Shown here piece after piece: positions 1 through 8,876 of a DNA stretch of 64,000 nucleotides. Source of the stretch: Oceanispirochaeta sp. (lineage in GTDB: Bacteria > Spirochaetota > Spirochaetia > DSM-2461); NCBI GenBank assembly GCA_963663385.2, contig CAXXXD010000004.1, positions 320,001 to 384,000 of the forward strand, written 5' to 3'. Both the position numbers and the translations under genes were made by a program. Below the pieces are notes generated by a model. The model made no database searches. It worked only from the letters and a program-made list of their open reading frames with translations, and was not told the origin of the DNA. The first letter of the stretch is position 1. Each line of letters opens with the position of its first letter.

Positions 1-169
1 GAAGGCTTCGGAAGGTATCGGCGGCTCTGAGAATGTCCAGAACCCTGTTCTGCCCCCTGGCAAACAGAAGCAGAGGCGGATAGACATAGAACAGAAGCAG
101 AGAGCATCCGAGAAGGAGAATCCCTCCCCGGATGGCAAATTCAGTTGAAGAGCTTTTTGAAACTGTCAT
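1..169 (-). CDS. ABC transporter permease (FbpB-like), N-terminal part, runs off window start
   Basis: Manual translation from ATG at 169: MTVSKSSSTEFAIRGGILLLGCSLLLFYVYPPLLLFARG..., a hydrophobic first TM helix; overlaps the end of the upstream binding-protein gene. Confidence 0.7.
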   Translation of the reverse strand, partial: MTVSKSSSTEFAIRGGILLLGCSLLLFYVYPPLLLFARGQNRVLDILRAADTFRSL

Positions 170-1181
170 TTATGGAGTCTTGTTTCTCAGCCAGGTCTTC
201 CCAGTCTACAAACCTGATGGACAGGTCACCGGGAATCCCTGCCGTTTTCTCAGCATCTTTCCTCACACTGACAAATCCGAACAGGGTCGTTATTGTCTGT
301 GCTTTCGGGGATATCATAAAGTCAACAAACTCTTCTGCCAGTCGCCGGTTGGTTTCAGGGCGGGCCGCATTATTGCTGATGGCAATGGGTCTTTGTATGG
401 CTACTGCCCCTTCTGTGGGCCAGCAGATGGCCAGGGGAGTCGGATACCCCTCTTTTCTTGCCTTCTTCTGAAGTCTCAGAACGGCATCATGCGGTGCAAT
501 CCCCGCATCGAATTCTCCTTCCTGTATTTTTGAGGGAACATCACTGTTCTTCTTTGTCAGCAGCAGTCCGTTTCTCTGAAGTTCCCTGTGAAAAGCACCG
601 GCTTCCCCATTCAGCTCCCACAGGCCGGCAATAAGAGCCAGTGCCGTTGAGGACTGGGCCGGATCGGCATGGGCTATGGCATTCCTGTAAGTGTCCGACA
701 GGATATCGTTAAAACCTGTCGGAACGGCTCCCCTGACTGTATCCTTATTGTATATAACAACCCCGTAACGTTCGTTTACCAGAGTAAAATTCCCCGTCTG
801 CTGAAAACGGTCCCTCAGCATGTCCGAGTCCGCCGGTTTGTAGGGGTAAAGGGCTCCTGCCTCATCCAGTTTGAGATAGATCAGGGGATCGGATCCCCAG
901 AACACATCTGCATTGATCGAACCGGCTTCCCACTCTGTCCAGACCCTCTGTCTGAGAGGACCGCATCCCATAGGCACGAATTCCAGAACATCACCACGAT
1001 CTTCTTCAAAGGTCTGTTCCAGCTTCTCCAGCATAGCAGCCGGACCGGAAAGGTATACGGTAATCTTCCCTTCTTCACCGGTATAGACAGGTTCGCTCTC
1101 CTGTACCCCTCCGGCAGACAGGGGGGCGATTCCAATAAGGATGAAAGCGATATAGATGGTTAGGGCGCTTCTTCTGAACAT
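141..1181 (-). CDS. ABC substrate-binding protein, Fe3+/AfuA-FbpA-like family
   Basis: Signal peptide then AGG-x-x-E; motifs ADVFWG, IYNKD, ADPAQSSTA, WPTEGAVAIQRPIAI, FVDFMISPKAQ; SD AAGGAG. Confidence 0.8.
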   Translation of the reverse strand: MFRRSALTIYIAFILIGIAPLSAGGVQESEPVYTGEEGKITVYLSGPAAMLEKLEQTFEEDRGDVLEFVPMGCGPLRQRVWTEWEAGSINADVFWGSDPLIYLKLDEAGALYPYKPADSDMLRDRFQQTGNFTLVNERYGVVIYNKDTVRGAVPTGFNDILSDTYRNAIAHADPAQSSTALALIAGLWELNGEAGAFHRELQRNGLLLTKKNSDVPSKIQEGEFDAGIAPHDAVLRLQKKARKEGYPTPLAICWPTEGAVAIQRPIAISNNAARPETNRRLAEEFVDFMISPKAQTITTLFGFVSVRKDAEKTAGIPGDLSIRFVDWEDLAEKQDSINDSFKKLFN

Positions 1182-1194
1182 ATAAATCTCCTTG

Positions 1195-1210
1195 GTTAAT
1201 ATATATTAAC
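1195..1210. promoter_or_regulatory. Perfect 16-bp palindrome GTTAATATATATTAAC, candidate DtxR/SloR-family operator
   Basis: Lies between the predicted promoter and the SD of the Fe-binding protein gene; related copy at 5821-5836. Confidence 0.55.
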
Positions 1211-1222
1211 TAGTAATTTCGA

Positions 1223-1251
1223 ATAATATTAGAAGAAGCTAATAATGTCAA
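1223..1251 (-). promoter_or_regulatory. sigma70-type promoter for the ABC binding-protein gene
   Basis: TTGACA (1251-1246), 17 bp, TATTAT (1228-1223). Confidence 0.6.
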
Positions 1252-1278
1252 TTTCCACCCATACGGTTATTTCTCTGT

Positions 1279-2541
1279 TTAGAAACTGAAAACTCCCTTC
1301 ACCCAAAGAGATGACAGGTCTTTCAGCTGACCGAAGTTTCCTTCTCTATCGGAGCCGGGAAAATACAGATCGCTGCCCATGGCAATTTTCAGGTCATCCC
1401 TCACGGCATACTCCGCATTTACTGAGTGACAACTGTCGAATTCGTTAAGCCCGGCCATAAAAAACCAGGACAGTTGCAGTGTTTCCTGCAGGAGATTCTT
1501 CGAAATACTGATCGTTGCCTGCCGGTTTCTCTCTTCCCGGTTTACAGTTTTTTCGTAATCCATCAGAATATCCTCTGCATACTGGGTGGTCAGGGTCCAG
1601 CCGCCCCATGGATTCCAGTCCAGACCGGCCAGAACCTGTAGATGATCCTTTGCCAGCCAGTGTTCACCGGGATCCTTCCGCAGAAACCTGCATCCCGTCG
1701 TCCAGGCTCCCTCGGTACGGATTATAAATGTTCCGACAGGAATGGCTGCATCCACACCATACATCCAGATCCTGTAGTATTCGGGATCAAGCAGGATTGT
1801 ACCGGTTTCATCCATCTCAAGCTGGTATTCCGGATCGTCATTCCAGCCGGAAAAACAGGAGAGGGATAGATCCAGAGCGGGAAGAAACAGGCTTAACCGG
1901 ACTCCGAATTCACTCTCATCCAGAGAGGGGAATGCATTCCCTGCCTGTATCTCATAGTTTACAGACATCTCCCCCGAACCGGTATCCAGGGTTGAAGGAA
2001 AATAGAGTTCTGTCAGGGGATTCTCCGGATCGACAGGATACGCAGATGGAACAAAGAGAGGAATCCAAAGGGTTTCCAGTGTGTAGGATAAACCGAATAC
2101 ACGGGCTTTCAGGGCCGTAACCGGAAGACGGGAGTCCTCGTAGTCCAGGGCGATAAACTCTGTTTTATTTTTGGGACAGATGATGTCGGTGATCTGTATT
2201 CCGTCGGCCTTCCCCCAGGACAGGATCTGCCGTCCTCCGCGGATGTCAAAGTTTTCGCCGGCGAATTCCATAAATACCTCGTTAAAATCCAGCCCGGTTT
2301 CGGATGGTATCAGTTCATTGTATACACCCTTGAAGTCCGCCTTGAAATAAATTTCTCCCGCATACCCTTCCAGTTTGGGATTCAGTCTGGTGCGGCAGGC
2401 CGTCAGACGGGCGGAATCCCGGATGCCCGAGGCAATCAGGATGTCCGAGGATCCGCCGAAATCCACTTCTGCCTCTCCCCACAGAGGATTCCATAATAGA
2501 AGGAGGAACAGGAGGTAGATTAAAAGTATAGGGGATCTCAC
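1279..2541 (-). CDS. Outer-membrane beta-barrel/porin-like protein (DUF1302-like)
   Basis: Signal peptide; GRQILSWGKADG motif; alternating beta-strand pattern; C-terminal Phe (VKGVFSF). Confidence 0.7.
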   Translation of the reverse strand: MRSPILLIYLLFLLLLWNPLWGEAEVDFGGSSDILIASGIRDSARLTACRTRLNPKLEGYAGEIYFKADFKGVYNELIPSETGLDFNEVFMEFAGENFDIRGGRQILSWGKADGIQITDIICPKNKTEFIALDYEDSRLPVTALKARVFGLSYTLETLWIPLFVPSAYPVDPENPLTELYFPSTLDTGSGEMSVNYEIQAGNAFPSLDESEFGVRLSLFLPALDLSLSCFSGWNDDPEYQLEMDETGTILLDPEYYRIWMYGVDAAIPVGTFIIRTEGAWTTGCRFLRKDPGEHWLAKDHLQVLAGLDWNPWGGWTLTTQYAEDILMDYEKTVNREERNRQATISISKNLLQETLQLSWFFMAGLNEFDSCHSVNAEYAVRDDLKIAMGSDLYFPGSDREGNFGQLKDLSSLWVKGVFSF

Positions 2542-3338
2542 TGTATTCGTCCCCTTTCCAGAGTGGCCACGCTGAAAAAGTTATCCTGTACCGCCAGGTT
2601 ATACTGAATTTCCGAGAATTCGAGTATGGTGGTATGATTTTTCTGAATGTTCTCCATTTGCATTTTTCCGGCGGTCCAGATTCCGTCAATCCGGTTGATT
2701 TCAGACATAATCAGGGTTTTCATAAATTCCCCCTGCCTGTCATAGTATTCCACTCTGACCGGCATATAGATATCCTTCCGGATCCAGGTGATACGTTTTG
2801 AATACATATCTTTTCTGTCCAGAGGAATAGACTCGATAATCCAGCAATCCTGCCCGTCCAGCCTCTCATCGCCGTTTAAGGTATGGCTGTCTTCACTGAC
2901 TTTTCGATCTCCCATATCATCGTAGGTAAAATCGGTACCCATAAAGTAATCGTTTCTGGAAGATCCGGAGATTCTCCTGGATCGCTTCAAGGCGGGAAGA
3001 AAAAGCCATGTGTCATCATCCTTGTCCGAATCGTAGGAGTAGGACAGGTATCCGACTCCTTCCACATCCGCGGGCTGACGGAAAACCATAACGGTTTTTT
3101 CATTCTCCCCATAGTCCTTTGAGTAGGAGAGAAGTTCCCTGACCCTTGTGGTCCCCCTGTTGTTGATCAGCTGAATCGTTGTAATCTGCCGGCTGCTGTC
3201 CCCATCATAACGTTCATCAGCCCGGGTCATGATCTCTTTGCCGGTCAGTGTTTCCGCTGCAGTCTGCAGGGGGAAAAGGCTCATTATCCCCGCAGCCAGC
3301 AGAATCTGCCATCCCCAGTTTGTGCTGTGTTTTTTCAT
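2538..3338 (-). CDS. LolA-like 'outer membrane lipoprotein-sorting' protein (DUF1329-like)
   Basis: Signal peptide; PADVEGVGYL, DDTWLFLPALKRSRRIS, FMGTDFTYDD, EYYDRQGE motifs. Confidence 0.85.
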   Translation of the reverse strand: MKKHSTNWGWQILLAAGIMSLFPLQTAAETLTGKEIMTRADERYDGDSSRQITTIQLINNRGTTRVRELLSYSKDYGENEKTVMVFRQPADVEGVGYLSYSYDSDKDDDTWLFLPALKRSRRISGSSRNDYFMGTDFTYDDMGDRKVSEDSHTLNGDERLDGQDCWIIESIPLDRKDMYSKRITWIRKDIYMPVRVEYYDRQGEFMKTLIMSEINRIDGIWTAGKMQMENIQKNHTTILEFSEIQYNLAVQDNFFSVATLERGRIQ

Positions 3339-5761
3339 GCTTCGCTACCTCCTATCAGTTGCGTTCTGCTGCTTTTTTTTATTTCTGCTTCGCTCTCTCT
3401 GCTCTCCTTCCCAAAAGGCCGCGTCCAGTAAATAAGAATCGGTGTGATGAGATAATCGGAGAGCAGGGCAGTCAGAAGTCCCAGGGGCGCCAGTACCCCG
3501 ACATTGTGCATTGTCTGTACAAGGGACGATATATAAGCCCCAAAAGAGAACGACAGAATTACCGTTGTCATGGCCAGGGTTTTCCCGACAGAGGAAAAAG
3601 CATTGATAATAGCTTCCTTATAGTTTCCGCAGATCTCAAATTCGTATTTAATCTGGTTGATAAAGTGTATGGTATCGTCCACCGCAATACCCAGGAGCAT
3701 GGGCATAATGATCATGGTCATCATGTCCAGCTGGAAGTCGAAATACCCCATGATCCCGCCTATGGCAATAACCGGAGTCAGGTTGGGGATCAAACCGATC
3801 AGTCCTGTGGAAAAACTGGCAAAAACCAGAGCCAGCAGAATTGTGATTATGGTAAGGGCTGTAAAAAAGGATTTCAGTTCGGAGATAACCATTCGGTCGT
3901 TCATTTCGGCAAAACGTACGGCGCTTCCAACAATAGCCAGTTCTCCCTTCGGGAACAGCTCTTCTGCCAGATCCTCGATTTTATTCAGCTCGTAAGTGAT
4001 TGCGCTGGAGTCAAATTTGTAAATTTCCACCTGAGCTCTCAGGACAGAGTACTCTTCATCCACCCAGTCATAGGTATTTGTTCCTCCGGACATTTCGTAC
4101 AGAAAGAGCATCTGGGCTATCATATCCCGGCTGTCGGGAATCCTGTAGAAGGACGGGTCATCCCCGTTCAGGGTTTGGTTCATATCCTTGACGATATCCA
4201 GAACAGAGAAGATTTTTGGTACGTCATGATTCTTTTTGGTTAACTCGAACTGTCCGACCTCTGTCAGCAGGCGGTCGAAATTCTTTAAAACCTCCGGTTC
4301 TTTCACCCGGTCCGCATCAGGGAAACTGATGGTTATATTATAGGTCAGGTATGAGCCGAGCTGTGAAGTGACTATGGAGTACACCCTTTGGATATAGGGA
4401 ATCTTCATCCCCATAAACTTGAAACTGTCAATATTAACATTGATATTCCGTATTCCCGGAAGGGCAACCATAACGCATATCAGAAATACAGCACCGATTA
4501 TCTTTCTCCTGCCAAGTATCCAGTTACCCAGGATTCGAAACCCTTTTTCCGTTCTTGTAAGACCCGGGATAGTCTGTTTTCTTCGTCCGGGCCTGTCCTT
4601 TCCGAAACTGAACAGAACGGGGATCAGCAGAATAATATAAACATAGACAGTGAGTACAACCGCAGCGCAGCTAAAACCGAGCCATCGGACGGGAGCAATC
4701 CCGATTACAGTAAAGGAAAGCATGGATCCTATTGTGGTAAGGACCGTAAAAAGGATGGGCCACCCGGTCTTCTCTACAGCACAGACAACCGCTTCCTTTC
4801 GCTTTATTCCCTGACGGAAACTCTTTTTGAAAGAATTGACCAGATGAATGGAATAGCCCACAGACAAAGCCATCCCCAGCAGAAGGGGAAGAGTCATCAG
4901 GGTGGAATCAATTCCGACATTTAACCAGCCCATAAACCCGAATACCACAGCAATTCCGGCAAAAGTGGTGAAAATCGGGATAATCACTCCCCTGAAGGAA
5001 TGTAGAAAAAGGGCCAGCAGGATTACCATTACCGCAAAACCGCCGATAACACGGGTTGCGGCCTCTTTTCCCATAAAGTCTCTTTCTTCCGTTTCCGTAT
5101 AGGGCATCCCGGCCGCCTTGATCGTATAGGCATTGCTCTCCCATCGGGGATCTGTTACAACAGCTATGGCAGCTTCCCCCGCTTCGAACATGGGATCCTT
5201 TCCGGGATCTTCCCATTCGCCCTCTTCCGGGTATTCCCTCAGTGCGAGAGAAATCCAGGTTTCCCTGCAGTCGGATGATACAAGTTTGTCCGCCAGGGAG
5301 TTCCGGGACAGGATCAGCTCCCGGGCTGCCTCCATCTGAGGGCCTTTTGCCGGAATCCCTTCTCCAAAGGGGTTGATTACAGCTATGCCTTCCGCTGTAC
5401 CAACAGAAACCTCCAGTTCCGTAAGAGATGTTACGTCATCCGCATAGGGGACATTCATCAGCAGAGCTTCCCCCAGGTTTCTGATCATAAGCAGGACCTC
5501 CGGGGCGAATACATCCTCCGCTTCTACCAGGATACCTACGGTATCATTGTTTCCGAAGCGTTCTTCAAATTTATCCGTGGCAATTTCGATAGCTTCCTTT
5601 TTGTCGAACCATCCGGTGGAAGAACTTTTTGTATGAACCTGCTTTAATCCGGCTGCTCCAATTGCTGTCAGGAATATCAGTGTTCCCAGCAGGACCCACC
5701 TGTATTTTAGCTGTCTCTCTGCCAGTTTACGAAAAATGTGATTGATATCCGTAATCTTCAC
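3335..5761 (-). CDS. MMPL/RND-family transporter
   Basis: Two repeats of periplasmic loop plus TM bundle; LGMALSVGYSIHL and LGIAVDDTIHF motifs; GTG start at 5761 preferred (SD AAGGAG 6 nt upstream) over the track start 5776. Confidence 0.85.
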   Translation of the reverse strand: MKITDINHIFRKLAERQLKYRWVLLGTLIFLTAIGAAGLKQVHTKSSSTGWFDKKEAIEIATDKFEERFGNNDTVGILVEAEDVFAPEVLLMIRNLGEALLMNVPYADDVTSLTELEVSVGTAEGIAVINPFGEGIPAKGPQMEAARELILSRNSLADKLVSSDCRETWISLALREYPEEGEWEDPGKDPMFEAGEAAIAVVTDPRWESNAYTIKAAGMPYTETEERDFMGKEAATRVIGGFAVMVILLALFLHSFRGVIIPIFTTFAGIAVVFGFMGWLNVGIDSTLMTLPLLLGMALSVGYSIHLVNSFKKSFRQGIKRKEAVVCAVEKTGWPILFTVLTTIGSMLSFTVIGIAPVRWLGFSCAAVVLTVYVYIILLIPVLFSFGKDRPGRRKQTIPGLTRTEKGFRILGNWILGRRKIIGAVFLICVMVALPGIRNINVNIDSFKFMGMKIPYIQRVYSIVTSQLGSYLTYNITISFPDADRVKEPEVLKNFDRLLTEVGQFELTKKNHDVPKIFSVLDIVKDMNQTLNGDDPSFYRIPDSRDMIAQMLFLYEMSGGTNTYDWVDEEYSVLRAQVEIYKFDSSAITYELNKIEDLAEELFPKGELAIVGSAVRFAEMNDRMVISELKSFFTALTIITILLALVFASFSTGLIGLIPNLTPVIAIGGIMGYFDFQLDMMTMIIMPMLLGIAVDDTIHFINQIKYEFEICGNYKEAIINAFSSVGKTLAMTTVILSFSFGAYISSLVQTMHNVGVLAPLGLLTALLSDYLITPILIYWTRPFGKESRESEAEIKKSSRTQLIGGSEA

Positions 5762-5815
5762 AGTATGCTCCTTCATCAGGGATTTATCTTGTCAGATCCC
5801 CGGTATTGCTGTATA

Positions 5816-5850
5816 ATAAAGTTAATATAGACTAACTATATTAACTTTAT
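5816..5850. promoter_or_regulatory. Perfect 15-bp inverted repeat (ATAAAGTTAATATAG-actaa-CTATATTAACTTTAT) in the divergent promoter region
   Basis: Read directly; contains GTTAATATAGACTAAC, similar to the 1195-1210 palindrome. Confidence 0.6.
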
Positions 5851-5911
5851 GATATTTGATCTTAAGGGAAGGAGCTACCGAAATCGGGATTAATTGAGGT
5901 GGAAGCGGAAT

Positions 5912-6928
5912 ATGGAATGTATTCAATGCAACAATGAGGAAGATCTGAGCCGGGAAGTTACCGCTGTATTCAGTGATTCGCACCGCCGAGAAAATAAAGG
6001 GACTCTTCTGTTTTTTAATACACCTTCCATACGGGGGATTTTCAAAGAGCTTACCATCAGGCCCGGAATCAATTTGAATCTGATTGATATTGAAGCTGAG
6101 GCGCCCTTTTCCTTTAAAAGCAGGACAGTCGTTCCTCATGTTGTTGAAATGGGGTTTTCCACAAAGGGGCATGTCCGCTTCCGTATGAAGGGGCAGAGAA
6201 ACCCTTTTGACAATTACGCGGGGCAAAGCTATCTCTCTTTTGCCCAGGGGGAGTTTGAAACAGAACTCTCTCTGGACGGCGGACAGCATATCCAGTTGGT
6301 GGAGGTTCAGTTCGATCCAGGTGTATTTGATGAATTCTGCAGGGAATGGGGGTGTATACTGCCCGGAAAATTACAGCCTTTTGCTGAAAACTGCAGGGAT
6401 ACGGTGGTTAAATGCCCCTGCATTCTCCCGGGTTCCATGCAGTATCTGGTTCAGGATGTATTGAAAGAGGCTCTTTCCTGTACAGATCTCCCGATTGGCC
6501 TGGAAGAAACTGTTCCGGGGTTAACAGCTGGAATTGTCTCCTATCTCAGGCGGGGGATGCAGTCCTCCGGGGCGGTGCTGACTTCAGGAGATATAGAACG
6601 GGTTCGGGAGGCACGTTTTATCCTGGAAGCCAGCCTGGAGTCTTCTCCGGGACTGAAGGAGCTGGCCCGGATGGTCCATTTGAATGATTACAAGCTCAAA
6701 ACCGGATTCCGTCAGGCTTACGGGTGTACGGTTCATCAGGCTTTGACTGAAATGCGGCTGAATAAAGCAAGGGAAATTCTTGAACGGGAGGTATCCCCGG
6801 TTTCTGATATTGCGCACTCTGTCGGATACTCGAATCTGGGTGATTTCGGGATTGCCTTTAAAAAGAAATACGGTCTTTCTCCCAGGCGGTACCGCCTTGT
6901 TTCCGGTATTGCCGCGCACTACTGTTAG
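5912..6928 (+). CDS. AraC-family transcriptional regulator, PchR/YbtA-like
   Basis: C-terminal HTH LKELARMVHLNDYKLKTGFRQAYGCTV...VGYSNLGDFGIAFKKKYGLSP; DIERVREARFIL as in PchR-like proteins; ATG 5912 follows GAGGT. Confidence 0.85.
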   Translation: MECIQCNNEEDLSREVTAVFSDSHRRENKGTLLFFNTPSIRGIFKELTIRPGINLNLIDIEAEAPFSFKSRTVVPHVVEMGFSTKGHVRFRMKGQRNPFDNYAGQSYLSFAQGEFETELSLDGGQHIQLVEVQFDPGVFDEFCREWGCILPGKLQPFAENCRDTVVKCPCILPGSMQYLVQDVLKEALSCTDLPIGLEETVPGLTAGIVSYLRRGMQSSGAVLTSGDIERVREARFILEASLESSPGLKELARMVHLNDYKLKTGFRQAYGCTVHQALTEMRLNKAREILEREVSPVSDIAHSVGYSNLGDFGIAFKKKYGLSPRRYRLVSGIAAHYC

Positions 6929-6946
6929 TTATCAAAAGGAGTGAAG

Positions 6947-7573
6947 ATGGACAGGTTAAGGTTGGAGAGGCGTTTCTGGGACCGGATAGCGGGGCGTTAC
7001 GATAGGGTAATGAAGAAGGATATGGAAAGACACTATTCCAGCATGATCGACTGGATGAAGACCTACCTGAACAAAGGGTGCCGTGTTCTGGAACTGGCAT
7101 GCGGTACGGGTCTTGTGTCTCTGGCAATTTCTCCCCACGTAAAAGAACTGACCGGACTGGATATTTCCCCGGCCATGGTCGAAATCGCCCGGAAGAAAGC
7201 CTCCCTGTTAAATATCAGTAACTGCACCTTCCTCTCCGGTGATGCGTATCATACAGGTTTAAAAGAAAACGCCTTCGATGTGATCGTAATTTGTAATGCC
7301 CTTCATATTATGATGAATCCCGAAGAAGTATTAAAAAATGCCGCGAAACTCCTGAAACCGGATGGAATCCTTCTGGCTTCCACGTACTGCCATGGCGCTT
7401 CATTCTGCAGTATGATGCTGTCCCGTACGGCATCACTGTCCGGTTTTAAAGTATATCACCGGTGGTCGCCGGCGGAATATGCCGCCTTTGTAAAACAGGC
7501 GGGCTACACCCTCAGGGACTCTCATACGGTAAATGCACTCTTTCCTCTCAGCTGCCTGGCTTTAGGGGCATAA
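6947..7573 (+). CDS. Class I SAM-dependent methyltransferase
   Basis: VLELACGTG motif I, GLDISPAMV, GDA, FDVIVICNALH, LKPDG; ATG 6947 with AGGAG 5 nt upstream. Confidence 0.9.
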   Translation: MDRLRLERRFWDRIAGRYDRVMKKDMERHYSSMIDWMKTYLNKGCRVLELACGTGLVSLAISPHVKELTGLDISPAMVEIARKKASLLNISNCTFLSGDAYHTGLKENAFDVIVICNALHIMMNPEEVLKNAAKLLKPDGILLASTYCHGASFCSMMLSRTASLSGFKVYHRWSPAEYAAFVKQAGYTLRDSHTVNALFPLSCLALGA

Positions 7574-7602
7574 AAAAGCCGCCGGACTTTAGTCCGGCGG
7601 CT
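7572..7602 (-). terminator. Intrinsic terminator for oadGAB (possibly bidirectional)
   Basis: Stem AGCCGCCGGACT/AGTCCGGCGGCT with U-tract on the minus strand, between convergent genes. Confidence 0.8.
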
Positions 7603-7630
7603 GTAAATCATTTCCTTTTTCCTGTTTCGG

Positions 7631-8863
7631 TTAACCCAGAACAGGTACCAGAGCCAGAAGAACTCCGGCCGCTACGGCGGAACCGATAACACCGGCAACG
7701 TTGGGACCCATGGCATGCATGAGCAGGTAGTTGTTGGGGTTCTCTTCCAGACCGACCTTATTGGCTACACGGGCAGCCATGGGAACGGCGGAAACACCGG
7801 CCGATCCGATAAGGGGATTGATGGGGTGTTTTCTGGAGAGTTTGTTCATCAGTTTGGCCAGACCGACACCGGTAGCGGTACCGATACAGAACGCAATCAG
7901 ACCGAGAGCCAGGATACCCAGGGTATTCAGGTTCAGGAACTGAGCCGCCTGCATCTTTGAACCAACTGCCAGACCAAGCATAATGGTAACAATGTTGATC
8001 AGGGCATTCTGCATGGTATCGGACAGTCTGTCGGTTACACCGCATTCTTTTACCAGGTTTCCGAACATCAGGGCTCCGAGCAGGGGAGTCGCACTGGGCA
8101 GCAGGATGATACAGGCTGACAGTACGGTTAGGGGAAAGATGATCTTTTCAGTCTTTGTTACATGACGGAGCTGCTCCATCTTGATCTGTCTCTCTTCCTT
8201 TGTTGTCAGCGCCCGCATAATGGGGGGCTGGATGATGGGAACAAGAGCCATATAGGAGTAGGCCGCAACGGCAATAGCTCCGAGAAGGTCCTTTGACAGA
8301 CGGGAGGCAACGAAGATCGCTGTCGGGCCGTCCGCTCCCCCTATGATACCGATAGCAGCAGCATCAAAAAGATCGAAAGTAATTCCGGGAACCCATTTCC
8401 CCAGAGCTACGGCACCAAGCAGAGCGATAAAAATACCGAACTGCGCGGATGCACCCAAAAGCAGGGTCTTGGGGTTGGCCAGCAGGGGACCGAAGTCGGT
8501 CATAGCCCCTACTCCCATAAAGATAATGAGAGGGAACAGACCGCTGGTAACACCAAAGTCATAGAACATCCCGATAAAACCGCCGGAAACTTCATGCAGA
8601 TGCAGAGCTCCCTCTATCATCTCTCCGTGAAGGGATGAGTGAGCGGCGATTTCCGCAAAGGGGATATTACTTAATATTGCACCCATTCCGATGGGAACCA
8701 GCAGAAGGGGTTCGAACTCTTTTTTAACAGCCAGATAGAGCAGGAGGAACCCTACTGCAATCATGACCAGGTTGCCCCATCCGCCTTCCTGCAGGAAGCC
8801 GTAGAGGCCTGTCGTCAGCCACAGCTCCCGGAAGGAGGCGGCCATAGTTTGTCCAAAATTCAT
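7631..8863 (-). CDS. oadB: Na+-translocating oxaloacetate decarboxylase beta subunit
   Basis: [64 protein letters not shown]. Confidence 0.95.
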   Translation of the reverse strand: MNFGQTMAASFRELWLTTGLYGFLQEGGWGNLVMIAVGFLLLYLAVKKEFEPLLLVPIGMGAILSNIPFAEIAAHSSLHGEMIEGALHLHEVSGGFIGMFYDFGVTSGLFPLIIFMGVGAMTDFGPLLANPKTLLLGASAQFGIFIALLGAVALGKWVPGITFDLFDAAAIGIIGGADGPTAIFVASRLSKDLLGAIAVAAYSYMALVPIIQPPIMRALTTKEERQIKMEQLRHVTKTEKIIFPLTVLSACIILLPSATPLLGALMFGNLVKECGVTDRLSDTMQNALINIVTIMLGLAVGSKMQAAQFLNLNTLGILALGLIAFCIGTATGVGLAKLMNKLSRKHPINPLIGSAGVSAVPMAARVANKVGLEENPNNYLLMHAMGPNVAGVIGSAVAAGVLLALVPVLG

Positions 8864-8876
8864 ATACTCTTACTCC

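Noticed and set aside
61..103. Repeat AACAGAAGCAGAG x2
   Set aside because: Encodes repeated LLLF in the permease TM segment; not a CRISPR or regulatory repeat
3248..4243. 331-aa plus-strand ORF
   Set aside because: Antisense shadow of the MMPL gene
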